Of a stretch of 64,000 nucleotides of DNA, positions 13,201 through 27,668 are shown in pieces (position 1 is the first letter of the stretch; each line of letters opens with the position of its first letter). Position numbers and translations under genes: made by a program. This DNA comes from Mobula hypostoma (taxonomy: Eukaryota). The notes under the pieces are model-generated. The model was not told where the DNA came from. It made no database searches and was given only the letters and a program-made list of their open reading frames with translations. Location: the NCBI RefSeq assembly GCF_963921235.1, contig NC_086105.1:44888001-44952000 (forward strand), written 5' to 3'.

Positions 13201-15767
13201 GCTTAATAGCAGAAATCTAAAATCTTAGAATGCATTCTCTGGGACTTAATATTAGTAAGTGCTTTGACCAGAAGATGGCGATATTGGGCTGTCATCTTAA
13301 AGTGTTTGCTTTCGAATAACGTGGGAAAAAACTATGTCGCAAACTCCCAGTTTCAGATTGGTTTGTTTCTCAACAAAAATATGTTTAAATGAGATAAAAT
13401 TGCTTTTTATGGGAAAAATGACCTACAGCACTGTAAGAGGCATTTACTGTTAAGTTAGATTTTTACTCTGCACAATGCAAACTTTGGCTTGCTATGCAAA
13501 ATTAGGAGTTCATTTATCACTTTGTAATGAAATCTATATGGAGTATTGGGATTTTTTTTTAAATGGTATTTTTCACATGCTCATGCACTTTATCAAATTA
13601 ATTATATTATACATCAAAAACTAACATAGTTGTCATATTTTTATCTGTATTTTTGTTTGCAAAGTGGATTTGGCATTTAGTTTGGTAATTTTAGGTGCCC
13701 CCTTGAATGGAGTAATCAACAAAACTGGACAGTTAGTTATTCTAAAGAATTGCATGGTGAATTTGTCATGTTTTATATTCCTTTCAATATCAAAGCTTAG
13801 ACTCTATCAATTCCACTTGCTGTTGGAATTGGAGAAATATCTAAACCCAAGGCTTTTGAGTGACATGAACCAGTTTGAAGTGTAGCCATAAAAATAACTA
13901 TTGTCTCTGATACGTTAAATGCAATTATAACCTCACAACTATATAACATCTTTTCTTTTATAGTGATTGCAACATTACAGACTAAGGATAGAAACTTTGT
14001 TTTTAGAAATATATTGAAGTGAGGGTAGACCATATGGTTTGTTTAAGCATGTTCTATCATTCAGTAAGATCATGCCTGATCCTGTGTCTTCTGTATTCTG
14101 CCCAATTTCCATAGTTTTGCTTTTGACGTTATTAATAGATTGTGCTTTTATTAAGTATATTCAGTACTATTGCATTGATGGGTCTCCAAGTATGGGATTC
14201 ATAGCTGTTTAAATGAAGAAATTATTTCTCCTCTCAGGACTATAGTCTAGTCTAGGTCCCATATTTTCTAGACAGTTCTCTCAATCCCCTTTTCAGAAAC
14301 CTAAGTTTTGGTAAAATTGTCTCTCGTATTTGAAGCTGTTATAGAGTTCCATCCTACTCAGTCTCATGTCATTAGGTCAAGCACCTTCTAGTCAGGAATT
14401 AATCAAGTGAATATTTGTTCCACCGTATCAAAAACAGTTGGATTACAGAAACCAAAATTGCATGTTACTCTAGGCTCTAAGTAACCACTTTGTCAATTTC
14501 TTAATATTAATATCAATCTTTAGTTTCTCAAAGCCTTCCTTTGACTGAACAGTGCAGCACTTCAACTGGAAATTATTTTTGTTACTTAGTATGAACTTGG
14601 CTCTGTTTGTGACTGCACTTAATATGACGTCTGTGCAGCTCTTGTTATGAGAAATCAAGAGGGCATTTCTTGCATCTTGTGAAATATAAAAGACACATTT
14701 AAAGTCTATTACAATAATCAGTTTTGGTGTTTAACATTTGTTCCTGTACCATTGTTATGATATGCAGGATAGAGGACTGCATGACATAATAAGAGGAGGC
14801 AGATTTAAATCTATGTGGCACGTGTTCAGATCCTGTCTGCTTGAATGTTTCCTCTGTCTACCAATTTTTAAAAATCCTTTGAATTTTAAGCTATTGAGAT
14901 TTTTTTTTACCTAATTGGTCAGCAACCTAAGATTGCCCAATTAAGCATCAAAAGGCAATTTTATTCACAAATGAATAGCTCGTATGTTTGTGTATGCCGT
15001 AGTAGATGCTTATCAAACTGGTACAAAGAAATGAAAAATTAGAGTGTGTAATTGTTTTATTTACACGGCATCCTAGATTGATGGTGTTCTGTATGAGCAA
15101 TAAAATCACAAAAGAAGTTGAAGGGCACTTTTCCCAAGAAAAGATAGGGTGAGATGTGACATGATTGGGGTCCCTGAGGAAATGAATGCCCGATAATCAC
15201 CACAAGGGAATTAGGGAGATGCTTAGTAATTGAGAGCAGAAACTATGTAAATTGTGATGGTAATTCAAAAAACCAGAATTTGTACAATTGGAATAAATTG
15301 GGCAAACGCACATGCAGAAGGGGGAAAAAAGGATATGGTACAGAACAGTGGAAGGGAGTTTCTCTTTGTAAATTTATCCATGAGTGGAATTGCTTTAGGG
15401 ATTCTTTTCTCTTTGTAGATCTATCCTTGAGTGGAATTGCATGAGTGAAACTGTCCGAAACAAAGAATTTAGCAAATTTATTCTGACAGTTTCAGGTCTG
15501 AAACATGCCCATTTGTGGTCTCCTTTGATGTTCACAAGCTGGTATAAATTGGGTGTAAAATGTGCTGCAAGCATTTGGACCAATGTATGGTGTGTTTGAT
15601 GATGAAAAGCTGCATTTCTTTCCCGTCAACATAATCAACGTTTGATATCAAGTCAGCACAGAATCTCCAGTAGAAATTTTCTTGCTGTGTTATCAAATAG
15701 ATAACTGTTAATTGGTGCTTAGAGCTTGATTATTGAATGGTTTAGCTGCGTGTATAACATGGGCATT

Positions 15768-16530
15768 TTCAAGTTCAAGTTCAAGTTTAATTGTCATTCA
15801 ACCATACATGACTATTCATGAATACAGCCTGTACTCATGAATGTGCCAAGGTGCAAAACACAGTACCAACCGTCATACACAGCACAAGGCACATATAGCA
15901 TGTAGAAGATAGCAAGCACATATAAAATAACAGTAAAATACGGTCACACAGAAAAATATAGTCCCAAGATCCTGAATCCCTTTTGCAGCATTCTGCAGTC
16001 GAACATAATCCACCTTGTCTCCTACCAAACGAACACTGGGGAGGCAGCACCAACCTCAGCAGAAACACCGTGCCACACTACCTTTGACACTCCAGTGGTA
16101 CGCCCAACTCCAGTTCCTCTCCCTGGGCGGCTGCAAACAGGTGACACCATGGTCTGAGTCCTAGTCCTCAATATGACTGCAGCCAAGCAACTCCTCCCAC
16201 CGTTTGCCAATAAACCAATTAATTAGATTTGCAGCATTCCACACTACCAACGTCCAACATGGTCTCACGATCACAAGAAAAGCAACTAAGATGTTCACTT
16301 TCTATTAGACTGTGCACCGACACCTCGTTGTTGCAGGTAGCATCATGGTCTGCAGCAAGTCCAGCTCCTTCCGCTTCTCTGCCATCAAGAAACTCTCAAA
16401 CTGCAGTACCTTAAGTTCTTAATGACCCAGCAGGGCCTTGCAATCAAAAAATACATTTAAAAAATACAATAACACCTTTGGTTGACCCTGTAGAAGCCGC
16501 TGTGTCTGAGCACATTGCCATCTTACCAGA
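15768..16530 (-). mobile_element. Non-LTR retroelement 3' region with (TTCAAG)n tail
   Basis: ttcaagttcaagttcaagtttaattgtcattc tail; family not assigned. Confidence 0.5.
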
Positions 16531-16650
16531 AGTTAAGCAACTACCTCTGAGATAATTTCTTTGAAAGCATATCCATTCCACTTGTCTATTACTTTCAGTT
16601 GTTTATCCAGGGAAACAGATTAGATTAGTTTTCTTTTCTCTTTTCTGTAG

Positions 16651-16774
16651 AATGATATGACAACTGTACGACTCAAATGGGAAGATTTGCTTCTACCTCT
16701 TTTCAAGAAGTACAAACTCAATATTACCTGGGGAGACCAAGATTTACTCAATATTATTTTCTATTATAACCCAG
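16651..16774 (+). CDS. GXYLT1: GXYLT1 coding exon (124 nt; not in ORF track)
   Basis: Polypyrimidine tract then ctgtag|AAT...CCAG|gtaaat; [41 protein letters not shown] (GT8 DQD motif). Confidence 0.97.
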
Positions 16775-17062
16775 GTAAATATAATGTTTCCCTTTCTTGG
16801 TTGCAGCCTTCTTCATTAAAACTTTAAATAACTTGTTGGAAATGCAGTTTAATTTGAGAATTGTCAATGCTATTTTAATTTCAAATGGTATAGCCTGTTG
16901 AATGATTCAACATCTACTGTAAGAGTGTTTCTATTTTTGATGCATAGTGAAAAAATATTTTGGAATATTTTATTTTTTAAAATCTGATTTATTTTAAAAA
17001 TAGTAATGACTACTGTGAAAAATCATTTACAGTGTGTTAATTTAGTGTTTGTCATATTGCAG

Positions 17063-17235
17063 AAAGCCTCTTTATTTTTCCATGTCAATGGAATTATCGT
17101 CCAGACCACTGCATGTATGGCAGCAACTGCAAAGCAGCAGAGGATGAAGGAATCTTTGTTCTTCATGGAAATCGAGGAGTCTACCATGATGAAAAGCAGC
17201 CAGCTTTCAGAGCTGTGTACAGAGCAATAAAAAAT
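17063..17235 (+). CDS. GXYLT1: GXYLT1 coding exon (173 nt)
   Basis: attgcag|AA...AAT|gtaagt; phase 1 matches the previous exon; (E)[57 protein letters not shown]. Confidence 0.97.
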
Positions 17236-20200
17236 GTAAGTATTGTATCCTAGAGATGTAGTCTCAAATAATTAAAGCTCTTTATTCACTCTGTTTGAAA
17301 TTATCCATTAATGTACCGTAAATGTAATATTTTAATGCAATTGCAAAGAAGCATTCTTATGAAAATTATGCATTGCAACTGCCTCTGGGTCTGGTGCTGC
17401 TCTGTGAATACATTTTTCACTTGTACAATGTTATTTACTTGGCTCCAGTTACATATTTTAAGTCTGGGAATTTCAAGCAATGGTTTCCAGTATTGAAATA
17501 TGATGTAGCAGTAGTTATTTTTCTCTAAAAATCAATAGTAATGGTCCTTGTAATTAGTCCAATGCACATGGGGACATTTTTTCTTTTTCATTCTGTAGCA
17601 AAGTTACATCAATTAAAGCCAACACTCTGGCAGGTAATAAGCTCTTGTGTACATAAAAACCCTCCCATTCATGTGTGCTGCAGTTGTGTGTTCCTATTGT
17701 ACTCAATAATGTTGTATAAATAAATACACCATACATTCCTTTCACTAGTTCTTTAACACCATCTATTAGCATTTCAGAACACTAGAATACTAATTAAAAC
17801 TTGTTTAATTTTAAATGGAATGCTGCAAGTACTAGAGTTGGTGTATATTATTGAATATCTACCTATAGCTAGAATGAAGTGGTCTAGTAATATACCCAAG
17901 TTGCTAATGATGAAGCATGATAAATGTGAGAAGGGAACAGAGGCTGCAAAGGGTTTGGGTCTGAGTAGAAAGATTGGTGTTGTAGTATGTGGAAAAGTGT
18001 AAACACCGCCTTTGATGGGATGAAATAGCAATTATTAAATATTTAAATTTGCAGGGTTCTGTGTACATGAATTACAGATGGTTAACATATACAGTAGTAA
18101 GAAATAAGAAGAGAAAATAGTGTATTTGCCTTTATTTCAAAGCAAAAGAACTAAAAGGCTACGTATGTTTGCTGCAATTTTGCAAGGCTTTCTTGAGATG
18201 TAGCTTGAGTACCATATTCACCTTTAGTCTCCTTCCTTGACAAACGAAGATATTCTGGCATTGAAGGTTAAATCCTATGCACATCACAATGTACTTGTTC
18301 TACTTTATTCTGAAAATTGCGAGATGGTTAAGTTCACAGTTGCATGCCATACACATTTTCTGAAGTGGTCGTGATTTCTTAAATGCATAAGCTTGCTTAA
18401 ACATTTTGATATCCATTATCTTTCAGACAGTAAAATAAAAATGACCAAAAATTTAAATTAAATTTTATACCATAAAATGCAAATCAAACAGTTGCCTTTT
18501 CACTGACAGCAATTACCACAATAGAAATTAAGGTGTATCCAATTTAGGAGTTGAGACTGTATTGATTACAGCGGAAGTGTATTGCTATAAAACTTTGATT
18601 GCAGTCTGTGTCCTGTGAGTATCATAAAGCTGTATATATAAAGTGCTTTTATCATGCAATTTCCTTGATGGTCTTATTTTGTATTCTGTGTACGTTAGCA
18701 TTAAGGTCAATCTACTGGAAACATTAAAACATTTTTTTTTTGAAGTGCATAGAAATATGAGAAGAGAGATTGCCCTAATAATCTGGAGTGGATTTATTGG
18801 CTAAGGTGTATGTAACAAATATAACTGATTCTTCTCGCTCATGATTGCTATTTCATTAAGGCAGGAACATTACAGCATGCAAAAGGCAATGAATTCTTCT
18901 GCTGCCAGAATGTAGATTGTGTCCATTTAAGACTATAAGGACTAATTGAGATCATTCAAAGATTAATTGTTATTTAGACTGGCATCATTAGCTCTGGCTT
19001 CATTGGTGGCAAGGTCAATTGAGCGTCTATAGTATTTTTTGTATTGCTACAAAAATTCTCATTAAATTCCATAATGATATGTTAAGTGATCAGAAGTTTT
19101 TCATGTTTTTGGAATTTATGCAAGTGACATACTTCCTTTTGGTCTACTGTTCTAAAGGACATATTAGCCTATATAAAATTAAGCTGTAGACTTTAATTAA
19201 AAACACAATTCATTCATTTTGAAAGTACTAACAGTCTGAAAACTAACATGCAATGTAACTTGAATACCATTGCTTCTTTATGCGTGTCACAGACTGTTAT
19301 ATAATGTCTGTGATATAATCTTCCAGCCACTATACCAAAGGTAGAAATAACAGCTTTATTCCCCTTCGGATAATATAGTTCTGATTGGCAAAGATGCAAA
19401 TCTGTCAAGCAGTATAAAATTTATTTTATAGTGCCATGCATCCAAAAGTGGAAACAAAGATCACATGCCTTTGGTAGCAGAATTTTCCATTGTGTCAGAT
19501 GGGAAGCTGCCACGTTGCTCAGAGGGTAATGTAAACTCCGAAATCACAATAACAGGAAGCGGTTTTCCCTTTGTTCATTCCTGATTTCTGGGCATCACAA
19601 GAAAAGCCAGCATTTATTGCCCATTCTTTATTGCTAATAAACTGAGTGGTTAGTTCAAAGGGCTCAACTAGCTACTTAATCAATCACATCAGTAGGTCTG
19701 AGGCTACACGCAGGCCAAACCAGGCAAATTTCTTCCACTTAAGTACACCAAATGCATTTTTATGGCAATATTATAGTTTTGTGGCTCCCATTACCAATGT
19801 CTAATATGTTTTACTTCCTTATAGTTAACTGAATGTAACTTCCACATCTGCCTTGATCAGGTATGCTTTTGTGTCTCTGTTATTAGTGCGGACATCCCAG
19901 ATTACCAGTCCCGTAAATTGACCGCTACTGTCATCTTAAATTATACAGAAGTGTCAGTTTTAAATTTTGATAACCTGATTTTTTGTTTAAAATATTCTGC
20001 TGTCAACTTCATCAATTCTATGACCTGCTTCAAACCAAATCAGTCAGTAGAAATTCTACTCTTAGTTTGATTCTTTCCTTTTCGTCATCCTCCAAACATT
20101 TGTGAATCGTGATTACACAGGTGCTTAGAGAATTGTTGTGCCTTCACCATCTTGCTGGTAAATTTTTTTTCAGATATTTTCAGTGAATTCTGAACCTGTA

Positions 20201-20277
20201 TTTGTTGTTTTTTTTTTCAAGTTTGTGTATTTTACCATGGTGGACATTTAATGCAAATGCTTACCATTGCTCTTAGT

Positions 20278-21180
20278 CCATAAGACAGCAGAGGTAGGCC
20301 ATTTGGCCTGTCGAGTCTGCTCTGCCATTTGACCTTGGCTTATTTATTTTCCCTCTCAGCTCTATTTTCCTGCTTTCTCCCTGTAACCTTTCACACCCTT
20401 ACTAATCAAGAACCTATCAACCTCCACTTTAAATATACCCAATAAATTCCACAGATTCACCATCCTTTGACAAAATAAATCGTCTTCCTCTCTGTTCTAA
20501 AGGGGTGTTTTTCTGTTCTAGGGTTGTGTCCTATTCTGGACTCCCCTACTAATGGAAACATTTCCACATTCTCACTTATCTGGGCCTTTCAGTGTTCAGC
20601 AGGTTTCTTTAAGATCCTCCCTCATTCTTCTAAACTCCAGTGCTTTCAGACCGAGAACCATCAAATGATCCTCGTACATTAACCTTTCGTTCCCAAGATA
20701 ATTCTCGTAAACCTCCTCTGGTCCCTTTCCAATGCCAGCCCATTCTTTCTTAGATATGGGGCCCAGAACCGCTCACTATGCTCCAAATATGGTCTGGCCT
20801 TAAAGCCTTAGTGTTCCAGCTATGCTTTTATATTCTAGTCCTTTGAAATGAATGCTGATATTGCATTTGCCCTCCTTAGTCCCAACTCAATTTGCAACTT
20901 AATTCTTAAGAAATCCTACATTGACTCCAAATCCCTCTACACCTCTTTGCCTTTATTCCTTCTTCCAAAATGTATCACCCTACATTTCCCTGTACTATAT
21001 TCCATCTGCCATTTCTTTGCCCAGACTCCTAATCTGTTCAAGTCCAGCAGACTTCCTGCTTTCTCAACATTTGCCTGCCCCTCTGTCTAACTTTGTGTAA
21101 TTTGCAAACTTGGCTACAAAACCATCAAATCCATCATCCAGATAATTAGCATATAATGTGAAAAGTAGCGGGCCCCTCTG
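20278..21180 (-). mobile_element. CR1 LINE 3' fragment, decayed
   Basis: gcagaggtaggccatttggcc 3' stem-loop region and an RT C-terminal remnant similar to 34831-35760. Confidence 0.8.
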
Positions 21181-21496
21181 AAGGGCTTATTTCTGTTCTG
21201 TAGTACTCTGACTCTATAACATCTTAGGCTAGCGTTGCCAGTGGTAAGGCTGAGACATTTTGTGGGCAAGGACACAATCCCTTCAGTATAACATGAATCT
21301 GAGAGCAGCACAGACTCTGGGCCATACTGTCTGCTGTCATTAAGGATATTATATGTGATGTTAAATAAATGGAAACAAAATATAGCACTTGTCAGTTAAC
21401 TATTACTATGCTTTGATCATTAAACTCTTAATGGTTACTCTCCAGATCATTTAGGAAAATATGATAATAGCTAAGAGTATTTATTTAAAAGGTCTT

Positions 21497-21810
21497 GGGG
21501 TGGCACAGTAGCTTAGCAATTAGTGCAGCGTTTTACATTCCAGGCTGTAAGATCAGGTTTCAATTCCCACTGCTGTCTTTAAGGAATTTGTACATTCTCC
21601 CTGTGACTGGATGGGTTTCCTTCAGGTGCTGTAATTTTCTCCCACATTCCAAAGAAGTACCGTTAGGGTTAGGTAGTTATGAGAATGCTATATTGGCCCT
21701 GGAAAACGTGGCAACATTTGTGGGCTGCCCAGCTCAATCCTGACTGATTTGATTTAATGCAAACGACTCATTCATTGTATGTTTTGATGTACATGTGACA
21801 AATAAAGGTA
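21497..21810 (+). mobile_element. tRNA-derived V-SINE
   Basis: A-box-like tggcacagtagcttag, B-box ggtttcaattccc, V-domain tttgtacattctccctgtgactggatgggtttcc..ctcccacattccaaaga. Confidence 0.8.
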
Positions 21811-24706
21811 ATCTTTTCTCTTTAAATCTTTATCTAATCAGACATTAGTTTCAGAAGGCAAACACTTTCCACTCCTTTGTAGACTGGTCAATTTCCTTCC
21901 GGCCCAACCTCAAAATCACCGTCCTTCAAAGTGTGAGGTTTATTCAGGAATCACTCAAGTTCATGTGCATGTACTCTCATCCAAGAGTAAAATCTGGAAG
22001 AGGTCAGGATAATTCAATGAATCTCACAGCAAATGATGCTTGTAATAAAATTTTAATTGCATTTAATGTCAGCAAGATATCTGCTCAGGCTGGCCCAGGC
22101 ACCCAAGCACGTCTCTTTGATAGGCACATGTAATGAAAGGATATTGAAGTTAGGAAGGCAGAAAGAGATCAGAAATGTAGGATGAGAAAGAAGTAAATAG
22201 AGAAATGTGTACACATGCCGTTCCCTATTTTCTCTGAGCTTGCAGATACAACTTTAGTGGTGGTGTGGATAGCATTACCAGCTGCATCCTCAACGTGTAT
22301 GTGCTATAAATTTGTTGTCGCAAGCTCCAGCTTTAAACAACTCAAATTGCTATATATTCAGCTGGAAGTTGGTAAGGAGGCTTAAAAGTGAAGCCCAGAA
22401 AAGGATTTGGAAAATAGAAAACAAATGATGAATCCAAAGAGTGACAACTTGCTGGTAATTCATGGCATATAATTTGTTTTCAGTGCATCCAAAGCTGTTT
22501 CAGGCCAACTCTTCAATTCACACGTAAAACCAAATGATACAGGGATTATTCAGCAGGTGAAGCAGTATCTTTCAAGAAGTACAGTTAACATTCACGTTGA
22601 TGACATTCCATTTCAATTGGGACAAATTAGAAGTAAAACCAGCTTTAGGATGGGGAGAAAACAGGAGAACAAAAGGGAAGATCTGTGTTGGACAGATGCA
22701 GCAGAAATGAAATTTTAAAAAGTGGTAGCGGAGCTGGGTGAAGAAGATATTAAAGAATAACAACAGCTAGAGCAGGAAGGAGTATATAAATAAGAGATGA
22801 TAACTAAATTTGTGACATTATCAACAAAAATAAGAAGAGGTAAATAATGGATGCTGGAAATAAAGTAGCAAGGCTAGAACTGCAAATGGTCTGAAATTGC
22901 TTAGTTCAGTATTAAGTCCAGATGCTGTATTGTGCCTCATCAAAAGAAGCAGCTTTATTAGACTTTGTTGGAATTAGTTTCAGAGGCTAAACACTGACAA
23001 AATTTCAAGAGTAAATGCAGCTTGGAGAACAGTGACATACAACTGGAAATTCAAGGTCATATTTGTGGGTGTTCTGCAAAGCAGTAGTCAGATTTGTCAG
23101 GAATGCTCTTGTCAGTAAACCAACCCTTCAGGTTTAGCAGATAACGAAGACTAAAGGCCACCAAAGTTTCTGGCCTTGGTGACGTACATACTGGAGGCTT
23201 TAAAGTTGGGGGAGAAACTGTCCACAAGTAGTTTCTCAACCTGGATACATACAATGTTAGAGAAGCTGGTCAATAGTTCTCTATTTCCTCTGCCACCTTT
23301 CCAGATGCTAGAGAATTATTTAAAATGTGTATCTTCATAACCACTTCCTTCACAGTTTAGGATGGGGATCATCAGGTCTAGGGGTTTTATCGGCTCCTGT
23401 ACCTGGTAAGTCTTTTATTCCCTAATGCTAATTTCTTTGATCTCATTTACCCATTCTCCTGTATTTCCTATTACTTTTTAAAATGTCTCTGAGTCTTTGG
23501 TGAAGATTGATACAAAATATTTGTTTTATTTTTCTGACTCATTTTCCTTTTGTTCTCCAATATAATTATCCTTGTCACAATCCATAAGGAACCTTAACTG
23601 CAGCTAATTATTTACATTTTGATACCTGCAGAAGCTTTACATTCTGTTTTGTATTCTACATTTTCATTCTTTAGCCATTTCTTGGCCCTCTGAATTCTGA
23701 GACTTTTACAGCTGTCAGGTTTACTGTTTTTATTGACAACATTGCAAACCTTTTTCTTTGATCTAGTATTACTTGATGGCCATAGCTAGATCTCTTCCTA
23801 TATTTGGCTAAATGGGTTATATATTATTTGTTAGCAAATGTATTGAAAATTGGTATACTGTCATACCTTTTTTAAAATGTGGATCCCCATTCTACCCTGT
23901 TACTCCCTGAAGGCCACTTTAATTACCAGATCAATTAATCCTTTCATTACACAACACTGGATCTAAAATAGTCTGTTCCCTGTTTGATTTCTCACATACT
24001 TTTAATGTATGCTTTTGCACATGTTATACATTCATTCTCCACAATATTACTGCTAATTAGATTTGACCAATTTATGCAGATTAAAGTCCCCCAATGACTC
24101 TGTATTAACTTCGTTGTATGCTTTACTAATTTTCTGATATTTATATTATGCTTTTCTGGTTGGAGGCCTACATACAACTCTCACCATTGGATCTGCCCAT
24201 TGTTTCTTAGCTCCACTCAAACTGGTGCTGTGCACTAAAAGAAGGTCACATTTTGTGCATCTGCCTTTTTTAAAATTGGACTCTGGCTGCACATTCCTTC
24301 AACAGAATCTTCTTTGTCTCATTTGTGTCCTTCCCTGTTTTTCATAGCTCAATGGTTCAGCTGAATTATAAGTTTGCATGTATTTTCTTAACTCGTTCCT
24401 ACAGTTGGGATTGTACAATGTGGTAGGAAGGGCCTGAGCAAATCATTCAACTCTTAATGAAATGATAAGCAAAAATACTGTTGGACTCGATTATTCCACA
24501 ATACCCAAGTTGGGTAATAAATTTATAAACTGTTTTAGTATTGTCCTTTCACTGGTATCTATAACAGTCATATTTTGAATTCCTGAAAACCTGAGAAAAT
24601 TTGCATGCATTCATCATTTGATACTTAATTGCCTTCCTTTGACTTAAAATTCATTTGCTACTTTAATGTAACACATTAATTGTTTTCTTTCTTGCAATCT
24701 CTACAG

Positions 24707-24868
24707 TACCCTTTTGGCGAAGATCCCATCCATTCACTGTTAAATCCACTTGAAAAAGAACTGCAGAAAACTATGAATACGTATTGTGGAAAAATTAATC
24801 ATGTCTTCACACAAAGACTGCAGAAGAGCATAAGAACTTTACAGGGAAAAATTTCTAGAGGGAGGTGA
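24707..24868 (+). CDS. GXYLT1: GXYLT1 terminal coding exon (162 nt including TGA)
   Basis: ctctacag|TAC; YPFGEDPIHSLLNPLEKELQKTMNTYCGKINHVFTQRLQKSIRTLQGKISRGR*. Confidence 0.95.
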   Translation, partial: YPFGEDPIHSLLNPLEKELQKTMNTYCGKINHVFTQRLQKSIRTLQGKISRGR

Positions 24869-26100
24869 TTTTGTAAAATCACTATTTTGAACTAATTTTT
24901 GCCTTGAACATCAGGAGCTTGACTTTTTCTCGTGGTCTAAATAAGATGTTTTTAAACATGAGGAGGCAAATTGAAATGATATAACTGACACCAATCACTC
25001 TATCAGCATAGGTATTTTCATTGAAACCTGGAAGATAATTTTTGTAAATGCAGCTATTATCTCCAATGAAGCACTGATTTTACCGTTTCTTTTAAAAAAA
25101 AGTTGAAGACAATGTTTACAGAGAAAAGTGTTATTCTGTCATATGAAGGTATGTTAAGACTGACAATCTGTTTAATGTGTTTCTTATGACATTATGGTAA
25201 TTAAGCTGAAGTTGTGTGGTGCAACATTAACCAGGAGTATTGTATGTTCATGACAATCAAGTCTCTAGAATCTGTTGGAATCTTTGCCTCTTGTAATAGT
25301 GTGAGGACATGTTAGCAAATTATTTTTTTTCAATTATTGATGAATAAAACAAGCAACTAAAAGTAGTTTACTTGAGCCATTTACAAAGTTTCCATCAATA
25401 AAGACATTCATGCCAGAAAAGATACCAAATTGGTACCTTTAATGAACAGCTTTTCCAATCATTTTAGAAAATGAATGATTTTGCTTTGTGCACTCTAGTT
25501 TCTTTGAGTTTAAATGCAGAATGTTAATGCGGCAAATTTAAATTTGCACCCTAAAATATGTAGATGCGATGCCCAGTACTTTTATTTAATCATTTCAACA
25601 TGTTATTGGAAATTTTTCTATTGCTGATATTGCAGGAAAACTCATATAACTCCTGTAATTAAAGATAACAAATATTAGCTAGTCTGGACCGAAATCTTTT
25701 TGCTCATCACTTGGCAGTCAAATTATGTTGAGCAGAGTAAAATATTTACTGCCTGCCAGAGTGGTTTATTTTGCAACTTCTGAGAAATGGAATACTATGT
25801 AAACATACCAGACCACTGTATGAAATTGACATAGTTGTAATTTAGAGATAAATTAATGAGAACTGAGTGCCATTATTTCATGAGTTTTTGCTTGCTAATT
25901 GTTCATTATTTTAGTACTTTCAGTTTGGAATCCCTGGTGGAATATAGTAATTACAAGCAAGTATAAAACATTTTATATAAGTTTGGAATTATCTACATCT
26001 ATAGATTTTTTTTAAATGACAGACTTGAAATATTGTTACAGTAATTGTGAAAATGCAATGTATTTTTAATGAAATAAAACATGTTCATGTTCTGTTCATG
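24869..26100 (+). other. GXYLT1: Probable GXYLT1 3' UTR with candidate poly(A) signals
   Basis: Repeat-free AT-rich stretch after the stop. AATAAA at 25343, 25397 and 26073; the last has an upstream TGTA and downstream GT/T-rich sequence. Confidence 0.55.
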
Positions 26101-26818
26101 AAACAATGTACTGTACCATGAACCATAGTGCTCTGTGATCATCCAATTAAGTTGTAAGCACCAGAGCTAGAATATAAGAAATTGGTTTGACGATTTGAGA
26201 TTAATCCTGGAGAAAATGATCATAAATGACCACATGCAAGTTGGGTGTTCAGTTTATAGTCAGCTCATCCAAGCTCTGGTAGGACATCTCGGTCTTAAAT
26301 GTTAGAGCAATGGATAAAAGCAGGTCACGGATAAGAAAAAATGTAACTTTTTGAATGTTGGTTGTTTATATTGTGTTTGTACATCAGTGGTGATTCAGCA
26401 TTATGCTTACTACATCACCGGCAAAAGGAATGGGAATATCTAACGCTGAGAGCTACGGTTTATCTAATACTGATAGATCAGAGATGCAAAGTGCAACTTC
26501 CTCCTGATCCTCAACAGTTTAATCGCAGCAAATAAGAATACTACACTGAGGTTGACAGGTTCATTTTGAGTGCTGCTGTCATAGAACTTTACCATGCTTA
26601 TAAATGTCGCTTTAATTACTGGAAGTAATGATTCCTGGAAGAAATTTGGACAGAGGATTGTATTTTTTGATCGTGGCAAGTTATATTATCAGTAGTAGTA
26701 GTTTCTAACAGAACATGTATAGTATTATCCTGGTTATGATTTCTATTTTTTAAGCATTGTAGTTAATTTTTTGAACCCAGGAGTTCCAGGTGTAATAGCA
26801 TGCAATTCAGTAATATTA

Positions 26819-27668
26819 CAGTGGATTCCAGTGAAATGGGCCATCAGTTAATTGAGCTGCTGCTTATTTGGGACAACTCAAAGAACAAACTACTAATTGA
26901 GAAAATAGTTGGGGTTCCCTTCATTTATTAGGGATGTTATACCACTTAATTGGGGCAGTAGACTGTTATTGAAAAGTTCCTAACTAGCATCAGACGCCTG
27001 CACTTATGTGGCCGTTGGACACTACACCATGCTTAGATTGAACAGTTTTTAAATAGCATCAGTTGTGTACACTTGTGTTCAAAAAGCATTGTTTTTTTTT
27101 TGTCACTGATAGTTGACGAGAAATAAGCAGAAAGACAATTTAGAACTGTAGACTGTTTTGTTCCTGCGGTTTCAAGCATTCAGGCAGGCTTGGAGATGCC
27201 AGAAATGGCCAGCAGTGACAATGAGACTATTTCAGTACTTCAGCAAGTTAGGAACTGCAAAGAATGAAGGTTTCAACAGTCATCTGGAATGTTACAATGA
27301 AAATGAAGATTTGGAGGATGTAATTGCCAAAGGCATTGTATGGTGGCAGTCCATAACCTATACTAAGTGTCTGCACTGATTTTGTTCATTTAGTCAGTCA
27401 AAAGAATGCAACTGCGTGCACTGAATTAATTCCTCCATTGATAACTATTAGAAACTAATACAGAGTTTTATAGTACCGTAGTAGTATTTCTAGTGTTTTA
27501 ATTTGTTTTGCATTTCATTTAAACACACACTTTGTTATTCAGTTAAACAGTTTCTTTTTAATACCTTTATAAGTATTTTCCTGAACTTAAGCTAATTGGG
27601 GTATCTGCTTAATTGGGCCAAAATATACCAGTTCCAACCTGCCCCAAAGTAACGGTAATTGATTACAT
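26819..27668. mobile_element. Tigger/pogo-like non-autonomous DNA transposon, decayed
   Basis: TA|cagtggattccagt left terminus; repeated ttaattgggg / tgcttaattggg subterminal motifs at both ends; right TIR degenerate. Confidence 0.55.

Noticed and set aside
17006-17230. 74-aa ORF
   Set aside because: Out-of-frame reading of the GXYLT1 exon at 17063-17235.
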